A model generated the notes under the pieces. That model searched no databases and was not told the origin of the DNA. It saw nothing but the letters and a program-made list of their open reading frames with translations. The position numbers and the translations under genes are program-made. From Octopus sinensis (taxonomy: Eukaryota): a DNA stretch of 57,144 nt. The DNA lies in assembly GCF_006345805.1 (NCBI RefSeq), contig NW_021833639.1, forward strand, positions 1 to 57,144. The letters are read 5' to 3'. Positions 12,893 through 24,734 of this stretch are shown here, one piece after another (the stretch's first letter is position 1; the number at the start of each line of letters is the position of its first letter).

Positions 12893-13154
12893 GATTCTGA
12901 ACACATCATAAATAAACTACCAACCTTACGTAGCGAAGACGAACAGACAACTGCCGACTCCGGCCAAGCACATGGAATGTTTATAAATCATATATCCGGT
13001 AAATGGCGGGCTTTTTACGAACTGCATGTCGGGTAATGAAAAGTATTTCGGAATAAATATTTATAAACATTCCATGTGCTTGGCCGGAGTCGGCAGATGT
13101 CTGTTCGTCTTCGCTACGTAAGGTTGGTAGTTTATTTATGATGTGTTCAGAATC

Positions 13155-13212
13155 AGTTCTGCTGATGATCATAAGACGTAAGTTGAATGTGAAATCACGG
13201 TGATACAGAACT
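13155..13212 (+). ncRNA. Type I hammerhead ribozyme motif (family 1, plus copy)
   Basis: agttctg-CTGATGA-tcat.aa.gac[GTAA]gtt.ga.atgt-GAAA-tcacggtga-TA-cagaact; 7-bp stem I; predicted cleavage after AUA at 13205; non-canonical U.U at the base of stem II. Confidence 0.75.
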
Positions 13213-13467
13213 AAATTCATTTTTTAAATGTCTTGCTTTGAAAAACTGCATTTAGGTATGATTAGTATAATTTTGGTAGTAATGACTTTGTCCCTCTTAG
13301 TGTGAGGCATTTATGTGTAATAATGCCCTCTATACAATATAGATATAATTAATTTGTTCAAAAGGAAAAAAATTATTTTCGAATTCTTTTCTTTTTATGA
13401 GGTTTTCACGCTAACTACCCGATAATTTCTTGTTAAGATCCCTTATTAAGAGATTATCCTTAATTGT

Positions 13468-13519
<52 letters not shown>

Positions 13520-13559
13520 CATACATACACATATATATACATAAATAAACATATAAGGA

Positions 13560-15660
13560 AATAGAACTAAAAATAGAAATAGAGATAAAATAAAGGTAAA
13601 AATAGAAATAAAAATAAGAATAAAATTAAAAGTATTCGAGTAAAGATTAAAATGAAATGAAGGTAAAAATAAAAGGTGATTGTAAAGGTAAAAATACAGG
13701 TGTGTGTAAAGGTAACCACCCAGGAAAGGACAGGAAAACAAAGGCAGGGAGGAGGGGAAATTACGGAGTAGTCATAAGTGAAGGAGTGGGAAGCGGAGTT
13801 CAGGGGTGTGGGCTCAACATCAAAGCTAGAAATGGAAATAGATATAGGAAAAAAAAACGGGATGTGCTGGAGCTAACAAGTTGTAATTGGATGGGAGGGT
13901 ATTTCATGGGGGAGTAAGTATAAGAGCCTAAGCTTTGTAGTATTTGAAGGTTTTAGTTAGTTTATGTATACAAGATTGCTTGAATTTGGATCTTTTATTA
14001 ATTAGTTTGTGTTTCTCCTTGAATTTAATGATATTCAGGAGTTCCACACAACATAGCTGGCACCCTGTTCTATTATTTAAATAAGGTGCAGCTGATCCGA
14101 TAATGGACTACCTGAGGTTAAAAACTATACTATTGTCTTTTAATTCCCAAATTTTTTTAGATAGGGAGGTGCTGCTAGCCTCGTGTCTATGCCTAAAAGA
14201 AGACCGGTGGTTGTAGTATCTGGATTTCCTGACGGATGAGCAACCTATGTAGGTGAGTGTGTTAAACTGGGTACTCACCTCACATGAATAGATTGTTTTT
14301 AGCCTGACACTCTCCACGTAATGGACATTCGGATGCACTTATGCAGTTGCATCTGGACACTGCATTTCCCGGTCATGTGCTATTAGTCCTAGGGGAGGTA
14401 GTTAGTGTATGGTTATTATAGGGGTAGCTACTGTGGTGGGTGGAAGTACCGTTGGTCGCCTTGTCACTGATACTGCTACTCTCGCTGTTGGTGTTGCTTA
14501 AGTTGTTTTGGTCTATATTGTTGGAACTGTGTTCAGCATTGTAATTATTATTATTATTAATTCTATTACTCAAAGTGGGCAGAGGTATTACATTAAGTGT
14601 AGGAGCAATGTTATCCTCATGAGGTATATTGTTGATGAGTGTAGTGCTGCTTCTGTTGGGGTGACGGGTGTTATTACTAGTGGTTCGGGTATTATGGTTG
14701 CCAGCCCAATTTTTGCTATTATATTGACTACTGCCTGGATTATTGGGGTTTGATTGGTCGTAATAACTTGTTCCTAATCTAGCTGTTCTGATAATATTGT
14801 TATGCTTAGCTATGAGGCAGCCCATGTTGGGTAGGGTAGAGTAGGAAATCCTAATGGTTTTGTTAGAGAAGATACTTCTATACTTATGGGTGGGTGGGAA
14901 GTTATTGGAAATAATAGAGAATATTTTCTTGCATAATTTACCCTTAACCGCTATGTTGTATGGTATGTTGTACCTACGTAATCTACTGTTTCTGCCCCTA
15001 TTCCCCCTAATATGATCGGTGTTACTCTCGTCGGAAGGGTTTTCATTGCCTACTATTCTATTGGTTCGCCTTCTTTCTATAAGTTGCTTAGTCCTGTTAG
15101 AAGTTAAATTAGAATTAGCGTTAGCTTGAGCTGTGTTGTTATTACCAATATCTAGTCGAGTTTGTTTAGATCTTAAATGAGTAGCTCTGGAATACGGAGT
15201 TCGTTTATAAGTGGGAGTTTTATAGCTGACGGACGTTCCTGGAGGATCTACATAGGATATTCCCTGGGTATACCCAGCACTAGAGAGAGCCTGGTTGTAG
15301 TGGTGTGCGTAATCATTGAATATATTCCTGTTGGAGGATAGCTTAGTAAGTCTGTCTGAGATGGCTTGGACTGTGGTGTTAATTATACAGGGTGGGTGGT
15401 TGGAAGAGGTGTTAAAGTATCTAGTTGTTTCTTCGGGTTTCCTATATGGGTAGTGAAGGTGCTTGTCCAAGTCTAACGTAACATCTAAGAAGTTTACTAT
15501 TTTTGTATTAGTCATGAATTCTAGTTTTAGATTGAAAGATTTGAAGAATAGTCTGATCTTTTTTCTAATTCTTTCTAGTTTACTCTTATTATTAGTGGGG
15601 TATAGGAAGAGAGCGTCATCTCTGTAGAGACCCCCCCCCTGTAGGTCCGGTACCTCATGC
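13560..15660 (-). mobile_element. Penelope-like retroelement (Naiad-type), 5'-truncated, decayed
   Basis: GLYRDD RT motif, NFLDVTL, SNHPP, ISYSTLPNM, CNC..CPL.GEC, IY...YIG GIY-YIG, C.LC..E...LINKRS C-terminus; final stop at 13930-13928; pyrimidine-rich 3' region. Confidence 0.88.
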
Positions 15661-15667
15661 ATGTATA

Positions 15668-15715
<48 letters not shown>

Positions 15716-15985
15716 TGTATATGTGTGTATATATATATATATGTATATATCAATCATTAATTAATCAATATAAGGGTAGCAAAAAAAATTCAAGAAAAAT
15801 TTTCTGCAACCAGCGGTCAAGTGAGAAAGTAGAAATAGTCACAGACTATATAATATATTCAGCAATAATATTAAGGAATGACCCTGACAGGCCGTTCAAC
15901 TCACTTGAAAAGAGCAGCTAAACTCAAACCGCAAAATAGTAGTAATTCTGAAACTAAAGGAGAAATAAAAACATTTATCCCCTTC

Positions 15986-16067
15986 AACTTTGTACCATGC
16001 ATGGTTTCAACATTTTTACGTAATCAAATTTAATTAAATTAAATTGGCTTGTCTCATCAGCAAAGTC
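15986..16067 (-). ncRNA. Type I hammerhead ribozyme motif (family 2, minus copy)
   Basis: gactttg-CTGATGA-gaca...tgtt-GAAA-ccatgcatgg-TA-caaagtt on the minus strand, with a shorter stem II insert. Confidence 0.82.
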
Positions 16068-16444
16068 GCCAAAGAAAAGGAAAATATATACACACGAGGC
16101 AGCCCCATCGAAGCCTCGAGTTTATATATCCTAAATTTTCGAAATCCACCATAACCGCGCCATCTACTCAACAGCAAATATAAACTGCTGATACAAATTT
16201 CAGAATTAGTCAAACAATCATTAATTAATCAATATAAGGGTAGCAAAAAAAATTCAAGAAAAATTTTCTGCAACCAGCGGTCAAGTGAGAAAGTAGAAAT
16301 AGTCACAGACTATATAATATATTCAACAATAGATGTATAGATGAGTAGATGGCGTGGTTACGGTGGATTTCGAAAATTTAGGATATATAAACTCGAGGCT
16401 TTGATGGGGCTGCCTCGTGTGTATATATTTTCCTTTTCTTTGGC

Positions 16445-16542
16445 GACTTTGCTGATGAGACAAGCCAATCGTAAACGGATTTAATTTAATTTAATTAAAT
16501 TCGATTACGTAAAAATGTTGAAACCATGCATGGTACAAAGTT
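16445..16542 (+). ncRNA. Type I hammerhead ribozyme motif (family 2, plus copy)
   Basis: Same core; palindromic stem III CCAUGCAUGG; predicted cleavage after GUA at 16535. Confidence 0.82.
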
Positions 16543-16750
16543 GAAGGGGATAAATGTTTTTATTTCTCCTTTAGTTTCAGAATTACTACTATTTTGCGGT
16601 TTGAGTTTAGCTGCTCTTTTCAAGTGAGTTGAACGGCCTGTCAGGGTCATTCCTTAATATTATTGTTGTATATATATATATATACATGTATATGTGTATA
16701 TATATACATATATATACATGTATATGTGTATATATATACATATATATACA

Positions 16751-16884
<134 letters not shown>

Positions 16885-16924
16885 AATACATACATGCATA
16901 TATATGTGTGTGTGTGTGTGTGCA

Positions 16925-17125
16925 CTCTTGTGTTTGTCCTCCACTAAAACTTGGCAACCAATGTTGGTTTTGTTTACATCACTATTACTTAGCAGTTTGG
17001 CAAAAGAAACCAAAGGAAAGTACCAGGCTTGAAATGAATACTAGAGTTGATTTGTTTAAATGCTTCAAACCAGTGCCCCAATATGGTCACAGTCCAATGA
17101 CTTTTAACAAGATAAAAGATATGGA
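16925..17125 (+). mobile_element. Degenerate 3' half of a tRNA-SINE
   Basis: Similar to the 3' halves of the SINEs at 24318 and 46061, ending gtgccccaatatggtcacagtccaatgact. Confidence 0.7.
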
Positions 17126-17196
17126 TTAGTATTCTCTTGTGTATACATAGCTGTACTAGTTTGTTGTTATAGTAACATTTAGTATATGATTTAGTA

Positions 17197-18456
17197 TTAG
17201 GCCGTCAAGTATGAAGTTTGTAGAAAAGAAAAAAGTTTGCTAATGTTTTATAAATACAAGGAATAGTATTATTCATCAAAGTATGCACCCATATTGTCAA
17301 TACACTTTTGCATGTCAGAAGTAGCTGGTCCAGTTCGGAACTGTAAAAGCCTGGTAATCTAGAGTCAATAAAATCTGGGAAGGCCTGTTTTATGAAAAAG
17401 TTATCCAAATTCTGGACGAAGTGGTAGTCAGTCGGGGTAAGATCAGGTGAATATGGTGGATGGTGGAGAACTTCCAATTCCATCTCATGTAGTTTCGCCA
17501 ATGTCATTTCTGTGATGTGTGGGTGTGGTCTGGCATTGTCTTGCAATAAAATAGGAGTGGATCTGTTTACTAATCTAGGCTGTTTTTTTTTTTATAAGTT
17601 TCTGCATCATTTGGTCCAGTTGGCTGCAGTATACTTCAGCTGCGATTGATGAGCCAGGTTTAATGATATCATAATGGATCACAGCTGTGCCAGACCACCA
17701 AACACACACCATCAGCTTCTTTTGATGAATTTTGCTTTTTGGACTGTATTTTGGTGGCTCGTCTTTGTCCAACCATTGTGCTGAATGTCTATGGTTGTTG
17801 TATTTGATCCATTTCTCACCACATGTTGCAATTCAATTAAAAAAATGATCAATCTTTGTAACGAAAAAGTAGCATAATGCAGGTTTCCAAACACTGTTTC
17901 TGATTTTCATTGAGTTCATGTGGAACCCACTTATCCAACTTTTTCACTTTACTGATTAGAACTAGGTGAGTCAGTATTGTTTGCTTGCTAACAACAAACA
18001 ACAACAATAATTCATGGCCACTTTGAGATGGATCTGAGTCAATGGTGGCTTTCAGTTTGTCATTATCCGCCTTTGTTTCTGGTTGACTGTGTTGCTCATT
18101 TGTGAGGTCAAAGTTACCAGAATGAAATTTTGCAAACCAATTTGATACTGTCTGCTGTATAGTAACATTAGAATGAAATACTCCATTAATATTCCAAGCT
18201 ATCTGTGATGCTGTATTTCCAAGAAAGAACTCATATTTCAAAACTGTATCAATTTCTGACTTATCCATCTCTAAACAGAAATAGCAAAAAATGATTTCTA
18301 AATATTTTATAAAGCGCAAAATGAGTTAGAATAAAGAAATAGATGTCAGCTTTCTAACAAAAAATAAAGATTGTCAAAATATAATAATGGCACAAAATGA
18401 GCAGCTGTCAAAGTTTACCATACACCTTACTCCAATTTTCATACTTGACAACCTAA
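17197..18456 (-). mobile_element. Mariner DNA transposon, full length, decayed
   Basis: TIRs ttaggccgtcaagtatgaa / ttcatacttgacaacctaa with TA on both sides; 1260 bp; WVPHEL, QDNARPH and YSPDL motifs. Confidence 0.95.
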
Positions 18457-19366
18457 TATTATCACTAAATCCATTCACTTTTAGTTTTTTAATCATTGAT
18501 TTATTCAAGTCAATAAAAATACACTCTCATTGCAGTTTTCTCTTTGTTCCTCTTACTATAACAATTGGAAACTAAAAGTAGATACTTTATGTGGCTTGCA
18601 TTGTAGCTTTTTCTAAATAGACCACATTAGAAGTGTTTTGAAGGAATTGGTCTGGTTGAAAAGGCTGTTCTTTTGATATATTGGGTACTCGAAGACCAGT
18701 GATATTGATGTGGTGACTGTCCCTCTTGGACAGCTGCATGAGAAACATGGGTAGAGAAAGAATTTCAGTGGGAAGGACTGGAAGAGTGGGGTTGGAAGTA
18801 AAGATTTATTTATGCGGGGCCTTTCGAAAGAAGTTGTTAGTGTGAGATTTGGGGAATGGTTATTATTGTGGGGCTTTTGAGCAAAGTGGTTATTAGTGTA
18901 GGTGCCCAGTGAAAGGGGTATTGTGGAATGGTGGATACAGTATGGTGGACAAGAGGAGCCCTGTGTTGAGTGTTGGTGAAACTCTGAACATTATTGGTCC
19001 CACTTAAAATGTTGGGTCCATACATTAAAAATCATTGAAGGAACAATGGACACATTGCTTCTGATCCTGGCTTTATTATTTCACTTATTAACCATTGTGT
19101 TGCAGTGTGTGTGTTTGTGTGCAGATATGTATGTACATACGTATGTATGTATATTTGTTCCATGTCCTCACGTTGTTGTGTTTTTTTGTGCTTTCTTGTT
19201 TGGATTAACTTTATGTATGTATGTATGCATAAGCACATGCATGTGTGTTATGTTGTCTATCTGATAGATGGAAGAGAATACATTTCCTATGTGGTACCTG
19301 GAACATGCAGCATCATTATTTAATACTGTCAGACTAGATTAACACACTGGCACACACACACATGTA

Positions 19367-19412
<46 letters not shown>

Positions 19413-19553
19413 GCAATAAAGATTCAAGTCAATTTTAATGAATTTACTTGAATATGGTACCTAACTTAGATGCACCAAAAAACTATACGGTTATAACCAT
19501 ACAGTAATGTGGGGTGATTATAAGCGAGAAAGAAGCAACAAGAATGGATAAGT

Positions 19554-19644
19554 TTTTAGTACAATCGTTTCATACAAAGACAGGCTTTATTAAAAGTTGC
19601 AAAAATTGCAGCATATAAACGTGTCCTGTACTCATCAGCTAAAA
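19554..19644 (-). ncRNA. Type I hammerhead ribozyme motif (family 3, minus copy)
   Basis: Mirror image of 19930-20020. Confidence 0.8.
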
Positions 19645-19929
19645 TACATGTGAGTTCTCTAGACATCTTAGTGGTTGAGGCTATACTCATGAAGTAATGT
19701 AGATAATTAAGTAACATAAACAGATTTCCAAAGTTCATTAAAGTTCTTTAAAGATGATGCACAGTCTTATCACAGATTTTTAAAAACTTTTTTAAAATCT
19801 GTGATAAGACTGTGCATCATCTTTAAAGAACTTTAATGAACTTTGGAAATCTGTTTATGTTACTTAATTATCTACATTACTTCATGAGTATAGCCTCAAC
19901 CACTAAGATGTCTAGAGAACTCACATGTA

Positions 19930-20020
19930 TTTTAGCTGATGAGTACGGGACACGTTTATATGCTGCAATTTTTGCAACTTTTAATAAAGCCTGTCTTTGT
20001 ATGAAACGATTGTACTAAAA
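19930..20020 (+). ncRNA. Type I hammerhead ribozyme motif (family 3, plus copy)
   Basis: ttttag-CTGATGA-gtacgggaca...tgtctttgtat-GAAA-c[gatt]g-TA-ctaaaa; minimal stem III; predicted cleavage after GUA at 20014. Confidence 0.8.
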
Positions 20021-20050
20021 ACTTATCCATTCTTGTTGCTTCTTTCTCGC

Positions 20051-20090
<40 letters not shown>

Positions 20091-20539
20091 TCCTACACAC
20101 TTACCCATCCCAAACTCTGCATTGACTTTTTGAACAATTTTAAATTCCAAAACTCTTCTTGGAATTGGGATTTTAATAAACTAAAACAGAGAAACTTATT
20201 CTTTAATTAATTTGTCTGTTTGACCTGTAGTCATGATTGGGCTGTGTTTAAGAGTTTAAATTAGTCATATCAATTACATTTCTTCATTTGGTACTTATTT
20301 GATCAATTTTTTCTAAATTGCTAAGGAATGGCATAAAGGAGTGTAGCTTTTCCTTGGACTAAATACTATTTAGTGATTTTTTATTTGATGCAGTGGTTTG
20401 CTGGCCATCTCTCTTTAGCACACATATGTATGTGGAATAAGTTTCAACACAATTTCATTTTCTCAAATTGCATTCTTTTTGGACAGTGTTAGATATGGTG
20501 GACTTGAGAGATTGGTTGTTGATTGATCTTTCTCTCTCT

Positions 20540-21416
20540 ATCCTACACACCACACATAGTAGTTCAGTGGATTGAGGTCTGGTAAGCCAGGAGGCCATGT
20601 GTCTCAGAGAACATGATCATGGAGATTGGCACACATCCACACTTGGGTTGAGTCTTGTTGGAAGAGATATAGTCATCTGTTGTGTCTATCCAGAGCCTCA
20701 CAACTTTGTCCAATACCTCTGTGCAGATGCTTGTGTTGACTCTTAGCCTCGTGGAAAAAAAGTAAGGCACGACATCTTCCTCATTGCTGATGACTCACAG
20801 ATCCATCACAATAGCTGGGAACTTAATGTGCATGACTGTTGGAACTTCATTTTGGTCTCTGCATAAGTATCTGTTGTCTTTTCAGTTTACTTTTTGGTCC
20901 TGATCAAAGCTTTTTTTTTAACCAGAGAAAAACCAAAGCATTCCAGCCACTTGGTGTTTTAAATTGATTAGAAAACACTTTGCATAGCTTTAACAATTCT
21001 CTCTTGTCACATCCTACATAAACTGACCCCTCTGCTTAACAGGATGTCCTCATGCACAACTCTTCTGATGGTGCATTCTGAAATCTTGAGCTAACTTCAC
21101 AACAGCTGTGATTGACTTGCTTGGCTTTTTATTGATTATTTCTTGAACTTTTTGTACAAAGTTATGTGTTCCAAAAATTTAGCTACTGATGTCTGACCAA
21201 TGTTAGCAGCTTCCAGCTCCTTTTGAGATTTGACAACAAATGGTTGGGCAGCATTCTGAAAGTGTGCTGTCCCTGTATCACTATGCTCCACTTTTAAGGC
21301 AATGATTACAGTGTGCTTGTTTGTTTGTAGAATCAACCTGATGTCTGACATTATTTATCTGAAAAGTAAAGTGCAAAATAAAAAAAAGAGTTAGCCTCAA
21401 AAACGGATTTACCCTG
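20540..21416 (-). mobile_element. Tc1/mariner-superfamily relic (maT-like), one TIR retained
   Basis: Decayed PYFF..RLRVNT...VLDKVV..W, FQQD, WPP..PDLNP motifs; terminus reading CAGGG next to TA at 21416-21418. Confidence 0.7.
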
Positions 21417-21600
21417 TATATATGAATATGTGTGTGTGGGGGGGGGAGGTGTATACATCCATCCTTCCTTCCTTTGAGTTTGTTTGTGGGATATGTTTTT
21501 GAGTAGGCACATAAAAGCTACTATTTTATGATGTCAGCTACAGCATAAACTTGCAATGGCAGTTTTATGGGGTTGTACCAGCTGTGCCGATACAGTAATA

Positions 21601-21826
21601 TAGTAATAATGATAGTAATCCATGGATGGAGTTTATAAATATCTTAATACAACACTATATGCATTTCCACAAATCACATGTTTCTTGTGATCATAGTCCA
21701 CATTCCTGTAATCAGCCCAGGAATATGGACTGTAATCATAAGAAACATGTGATTTGTGGAAATGCATGTAGCAATGCATTACAGTATTTATAAATTCCAT
21801 CTATGGATTATTATTATTATTACCAT
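21601..21826. repeat. Old imperfect inverted repeat (MITE/foldback-like), ~110-bp arms
   Basis: gcatttccacaaatcacatgtttctt...cctg / cagg...aagaaacatgtgatttgtggaaatgc; 9-nt loop. Confidence 0.85.
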
Positions 21827-21834
21827 ATATATAG

Positions 21835-21866
<32 letters not shown>

Positions 21867-22300
21867 TTAACATCTGCTTTCCATGATGCTGGCATGGGTT
21901 GGGCAGTTTAACAGGTGCTGGTTTGGCAGAAGACTGCACCATGCTTCACTGTCTGTTTTGGCATGGTTTTTATGGCTTGATACCCTTTCTAACATCAATC
22001 ATTCCACAGAGTGAACTGAGTGCCTTTTATGTGGCACCAGCATGGACAAGGTCAGTTTTGGCATGTTTTTTTTTTTACAACTGGATGGATGCCCTTGCAA
22101 ATGCCAACCACTTTACAGTGTGGGCTAGATGCCTTTTATATAGCACCAGCACTGGCAGGGTCACCAACTAATTTGCAAGACAAAGATCCTTTGAGAGGCA
22201 ATGGCACATGGGAGGAGGTGATCTTGTGCCGGATGAAAGGTTAGGGTGTGACAGAGAGACAAAAGCAGGTGTCTTGCTGCACAGGAGATTCATGGTTACC
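21835..22300 (-). mobile_element. RTE-tailed SINE-like element, decayed
   Basis: (GAT)n tail plus a diverged RTE 3'-end motif (ggcaagggcatccatccagttgta on the minus strand). Confidence 0.7.
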
Positions 22301-22324
22301 TGTTCTGAGAGAGAGAGAGAGAGA

Positions 22325-22374
<50 letters not shown>

Positions 22375-22679
22375 TCTAAATTGAGGCCAGGAGCAAGTGT
22401 GTTACTGTAGAGGAGATACATGGTTAACCAGTGAGAGGGAGAGAGCAAGAAAGAAAGAGAGAGAGTGGAAGAAAGCAAAAGGGCAACAGAGTAGAAAAGA
22501 GATGGTGGCAAAGTGCCAGGGCATGCTCACAAGGAACAGAGATCAGAATATAAATGGAATGGCAGAGAAGAGCAAGAGAGATAAGTGGTAGCAAATTGGA
22601 AGGGCATACCCTAAAGATATGGGGTCACAATATAAATGGTAGGGTATTACCAAGATGCATGAGTAGGGCCCAGAGACCT

Positions 22680-22840
22680 CACATGATGGTGATGAGCTTG
22701 CACTGATTGCAGAATCTATAGTAGAATTGAAGAAGAAATTCCAAGTATGGAAGCAAAACCTGGAATCAAAGGGCTTTAAAATTAACCTAGCAAAGACCAA
22801 AGTTGTTGTTAGCAAGAACACAGATAAGACTTGATTTTGA
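22680..22840 (+). pseudogene. RTE RT fragment
   Basis: DELALIAESIVELKKKFQVWKQNLESKGFKINLAKTKVVVS is homologous to the RT at 55321..55803. Confidence 0.8.
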
Positions 22841-23789
22841 TTCACCTAGGCAGTTTGGAGTTCCAGACCTTCATGGTGATGTAAGTAGAGGAAAACATCA
22901 TCACACTCACATTGACAACTTGATTGCAGACACTGACCTGGAACCTTAAGGCAGTGATGTTGAACTGTAAAATGTGGCAAGTGGACTTTGTTGCTGCTGC
23001 CCAGGTTGGAATCTGGCCATAATGATAATAACAATAATATTACCTGGAAAGAAACAACACAGTTACTAATAAGAAGAGTTAAAATTAATGCATGCAAGTT
23101 TTCACAGCTCTAACATCACTCCTTCATAGTCAGCCTGTGAACTTTTGTTATCATTGTCAGCTTTCTATTGAGATGTCTTAAATTGATTTGGGCTTCTAAG
23201 ATAGTGCAGTGGTACTATTGGTTTCTTATACAAGTACAAAAACTGAATAACATCATGGAGAATTGTGTGACATTACTGCCTTAAAATAGGCATTATTGAT
23301 GTCAGTGAAATATACAGGTTGAGATTAATTTTTGTTGTTTCTCATTAGAAAATAATATTTCTAACCACAGCACAAAACTACAAAATTTTTATGGAGGTGT
23401 TGGGTATAGAATTGGTTAAATTGACACCAGTGCATATCATGGAGATATTTAATATACCCCTGATATATATTAACCTCAAAATATTGAAAGTAACATTTGT
23501 CCCTTGAGATTGTAAAAGCATGTAACTAAAGCATGTAACTAGGAGGTATCTTGTCTGTTACTTTACTGTTTCTTCATTTGTCCTTAGTTAGTTTATCTGG
23601 CCCCCACCTTCCTACTTCTCTTACTTCTGTCCTCATCTAACTTCATAATATTACATCTGCCCCCTTTCCGAGTTCTTTCATCCTTTCTCCTCATCTAAGT
23701 TTATATTACAATATTCATTTCTCAATTTCTCTTTGCAGTTTTCATTCATACTTGTATTTTTAAGCCTTCTTTTTTCCAGGTCTTCAGCT

Positions 23790-24110
23790 TTATCATCATC
23801 ATCATCATTGTTTAACATCAGCTTTCCATGCTGGCATGGGTTGGACGGTTTGACTGAGGATTGGCAAGCCAGAAAGCTGTACCAGGCTCCAATCTGGCAA
23901 AGTTTCTACAGCTGGATGCCCTTCCTAATACTAACCACTCCGAGAGTGTAGTGGATGCTTTTTACGTACCACTGGCACGAGGGCCAATCAGGCAGTACTG
24001 GCATTGACTACGCTAGAATGGTGCTTTTACATGCCACTGGCACAGGTGCCAGTCAGGTGGTACTGGCATTGGCCATGACAATAACTTCACTTGACTCAAC
24101 GATCTTTACA
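23790..24110 (-). mobile_element. RTE 3'-UTR fragment
   Basis: Colinear with 53984-54500, with (GAT)n tail. Confidence 0.82.
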
Positions 24111-24317
24111 AGTATAATTTCTCTCAAATATTGCATATACATGTTAGAGGATCTCTTGAAGCTTCACTCTTTATTTATAAAAATATCTTCTGCTGATATA
24201 AAGGCTACTTGAGATCATACAATTTTTATTTCGGTTTTGAGAAAACCTATTTACTCTTGTTTTTTAAGCATCCAGTCAAAAAAAAAAAAAAAAGAAGATT
24301 AAAATCAACATGCTTAT

Positions 24318-24493
24318 AGGCACAGGAGTGGCTGTGTGGTAAGTAGCTTGTTTACCAACCACATGGTTCCGGATTCATTTCCACTGTGTGACACCTTGTG
24401 CAAGTGTCTTCTACTATAGCCTCGGGCCGACCAAAGCCTTGTGAGTGGATTTGGTAGACGGAAACTGAAAGAAGCCCATTATATGTATGTATG

Positions 24494-24524
<31 letters not shown>

Positions 24525-24734
24525 ATATGTGTCTGTGTTTGTCCCCCCAACATTGCTTGACAACCGATGCTGGTGTGTTTACGTCCCCATAACTTAGCTG
24601 TTCGGCAAAAGGGAATGATAGAATAAGTACTAGGCTTACAAAGAATAAGTCCTGGGGTCGATTTGCTCGACTAAAGGCGGTGCTCCAGCATGGCCGCATT
24701 CAAAATGACTGAAACAAGTAAAAGGGTAAAAGAG
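24318..24734 (+). mobile_element. tRNA-derived SINE with CORE-like segment, internal microsatellite and CR1-type 3' tail
   Basis: A-box tggctgtgtgg, decayed B-box, accttg.gcaagtg segment, ends ggcggtgctccagcatggccgc...gaaacaagtaaaag. Confidence 0.88.

Larger units (their letters stand above)
12705..13470. mobile_element. ORF-less inverted pseudo-LTR pair (Penelope-type) with hammerheads; 284-bp arms
   Basis: 12705-12988 vs 13059-13342 reverse complement with one mismatch seen; 70-bp spacer; right-only tail to ~13470; TA tracts flank. Confidence 0.8.
15750..16665. mobile_element. Penelope-type pseudo-LTR cluster: partial tandem plus inverted copy, no ORF
   Basis: ~15865-16180 is inverted relative to ~16340-16665; 15753-15870 is directly repeated at 16216-16330; TATA-like gatatataaact precedes the hammerhead. 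Confidence 0.82.
19410..20050. mobile_element. ORF-less inverted pseudo-LTR pair (Penelope-type) with hammerheads; near-perfect 527-bp palindrome
   Basis: 19524-20050 is palindromic about C19787 with two mismatches seen; left-only tail ~19410-19523; TA tracts flank. Confidence 0.82.

Noticed and set aside
12827-13220. Near-identical 69/79-aa ORFs on both strands (also 19556-20018)
   Set aside because: An automatic consequence of the palindromes; no protein motif.
14373-14375. In-frame UGA before the Cys-rich motif of the Naiad ORF as possible selenocysteine
   Set aside because: It does not replace a conserved Cys, fits CGA-to-TGA decay, and the element has another stop and a frameshift; no SECIS was identified.
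18600-19030. Strand-asymmetric Pro/His/Thr-rich frames on the minus strand
   Set aside because: Interrupted by stops in all frames and no recognisable motif; left unannotated.
21601-21826. Fourth hammerhead palindrome
   Set aside because: It contains GAAAcatg and GAAAtgca but no CUGANGA box in register; kept only as an old inverted repeat.
23854-23882. CTGAGGA...GAAA...TA hammerhead-like string
   Set aside because: Stem I does not close, and other copies of this RTE UTR lack the core; judged coincidental.
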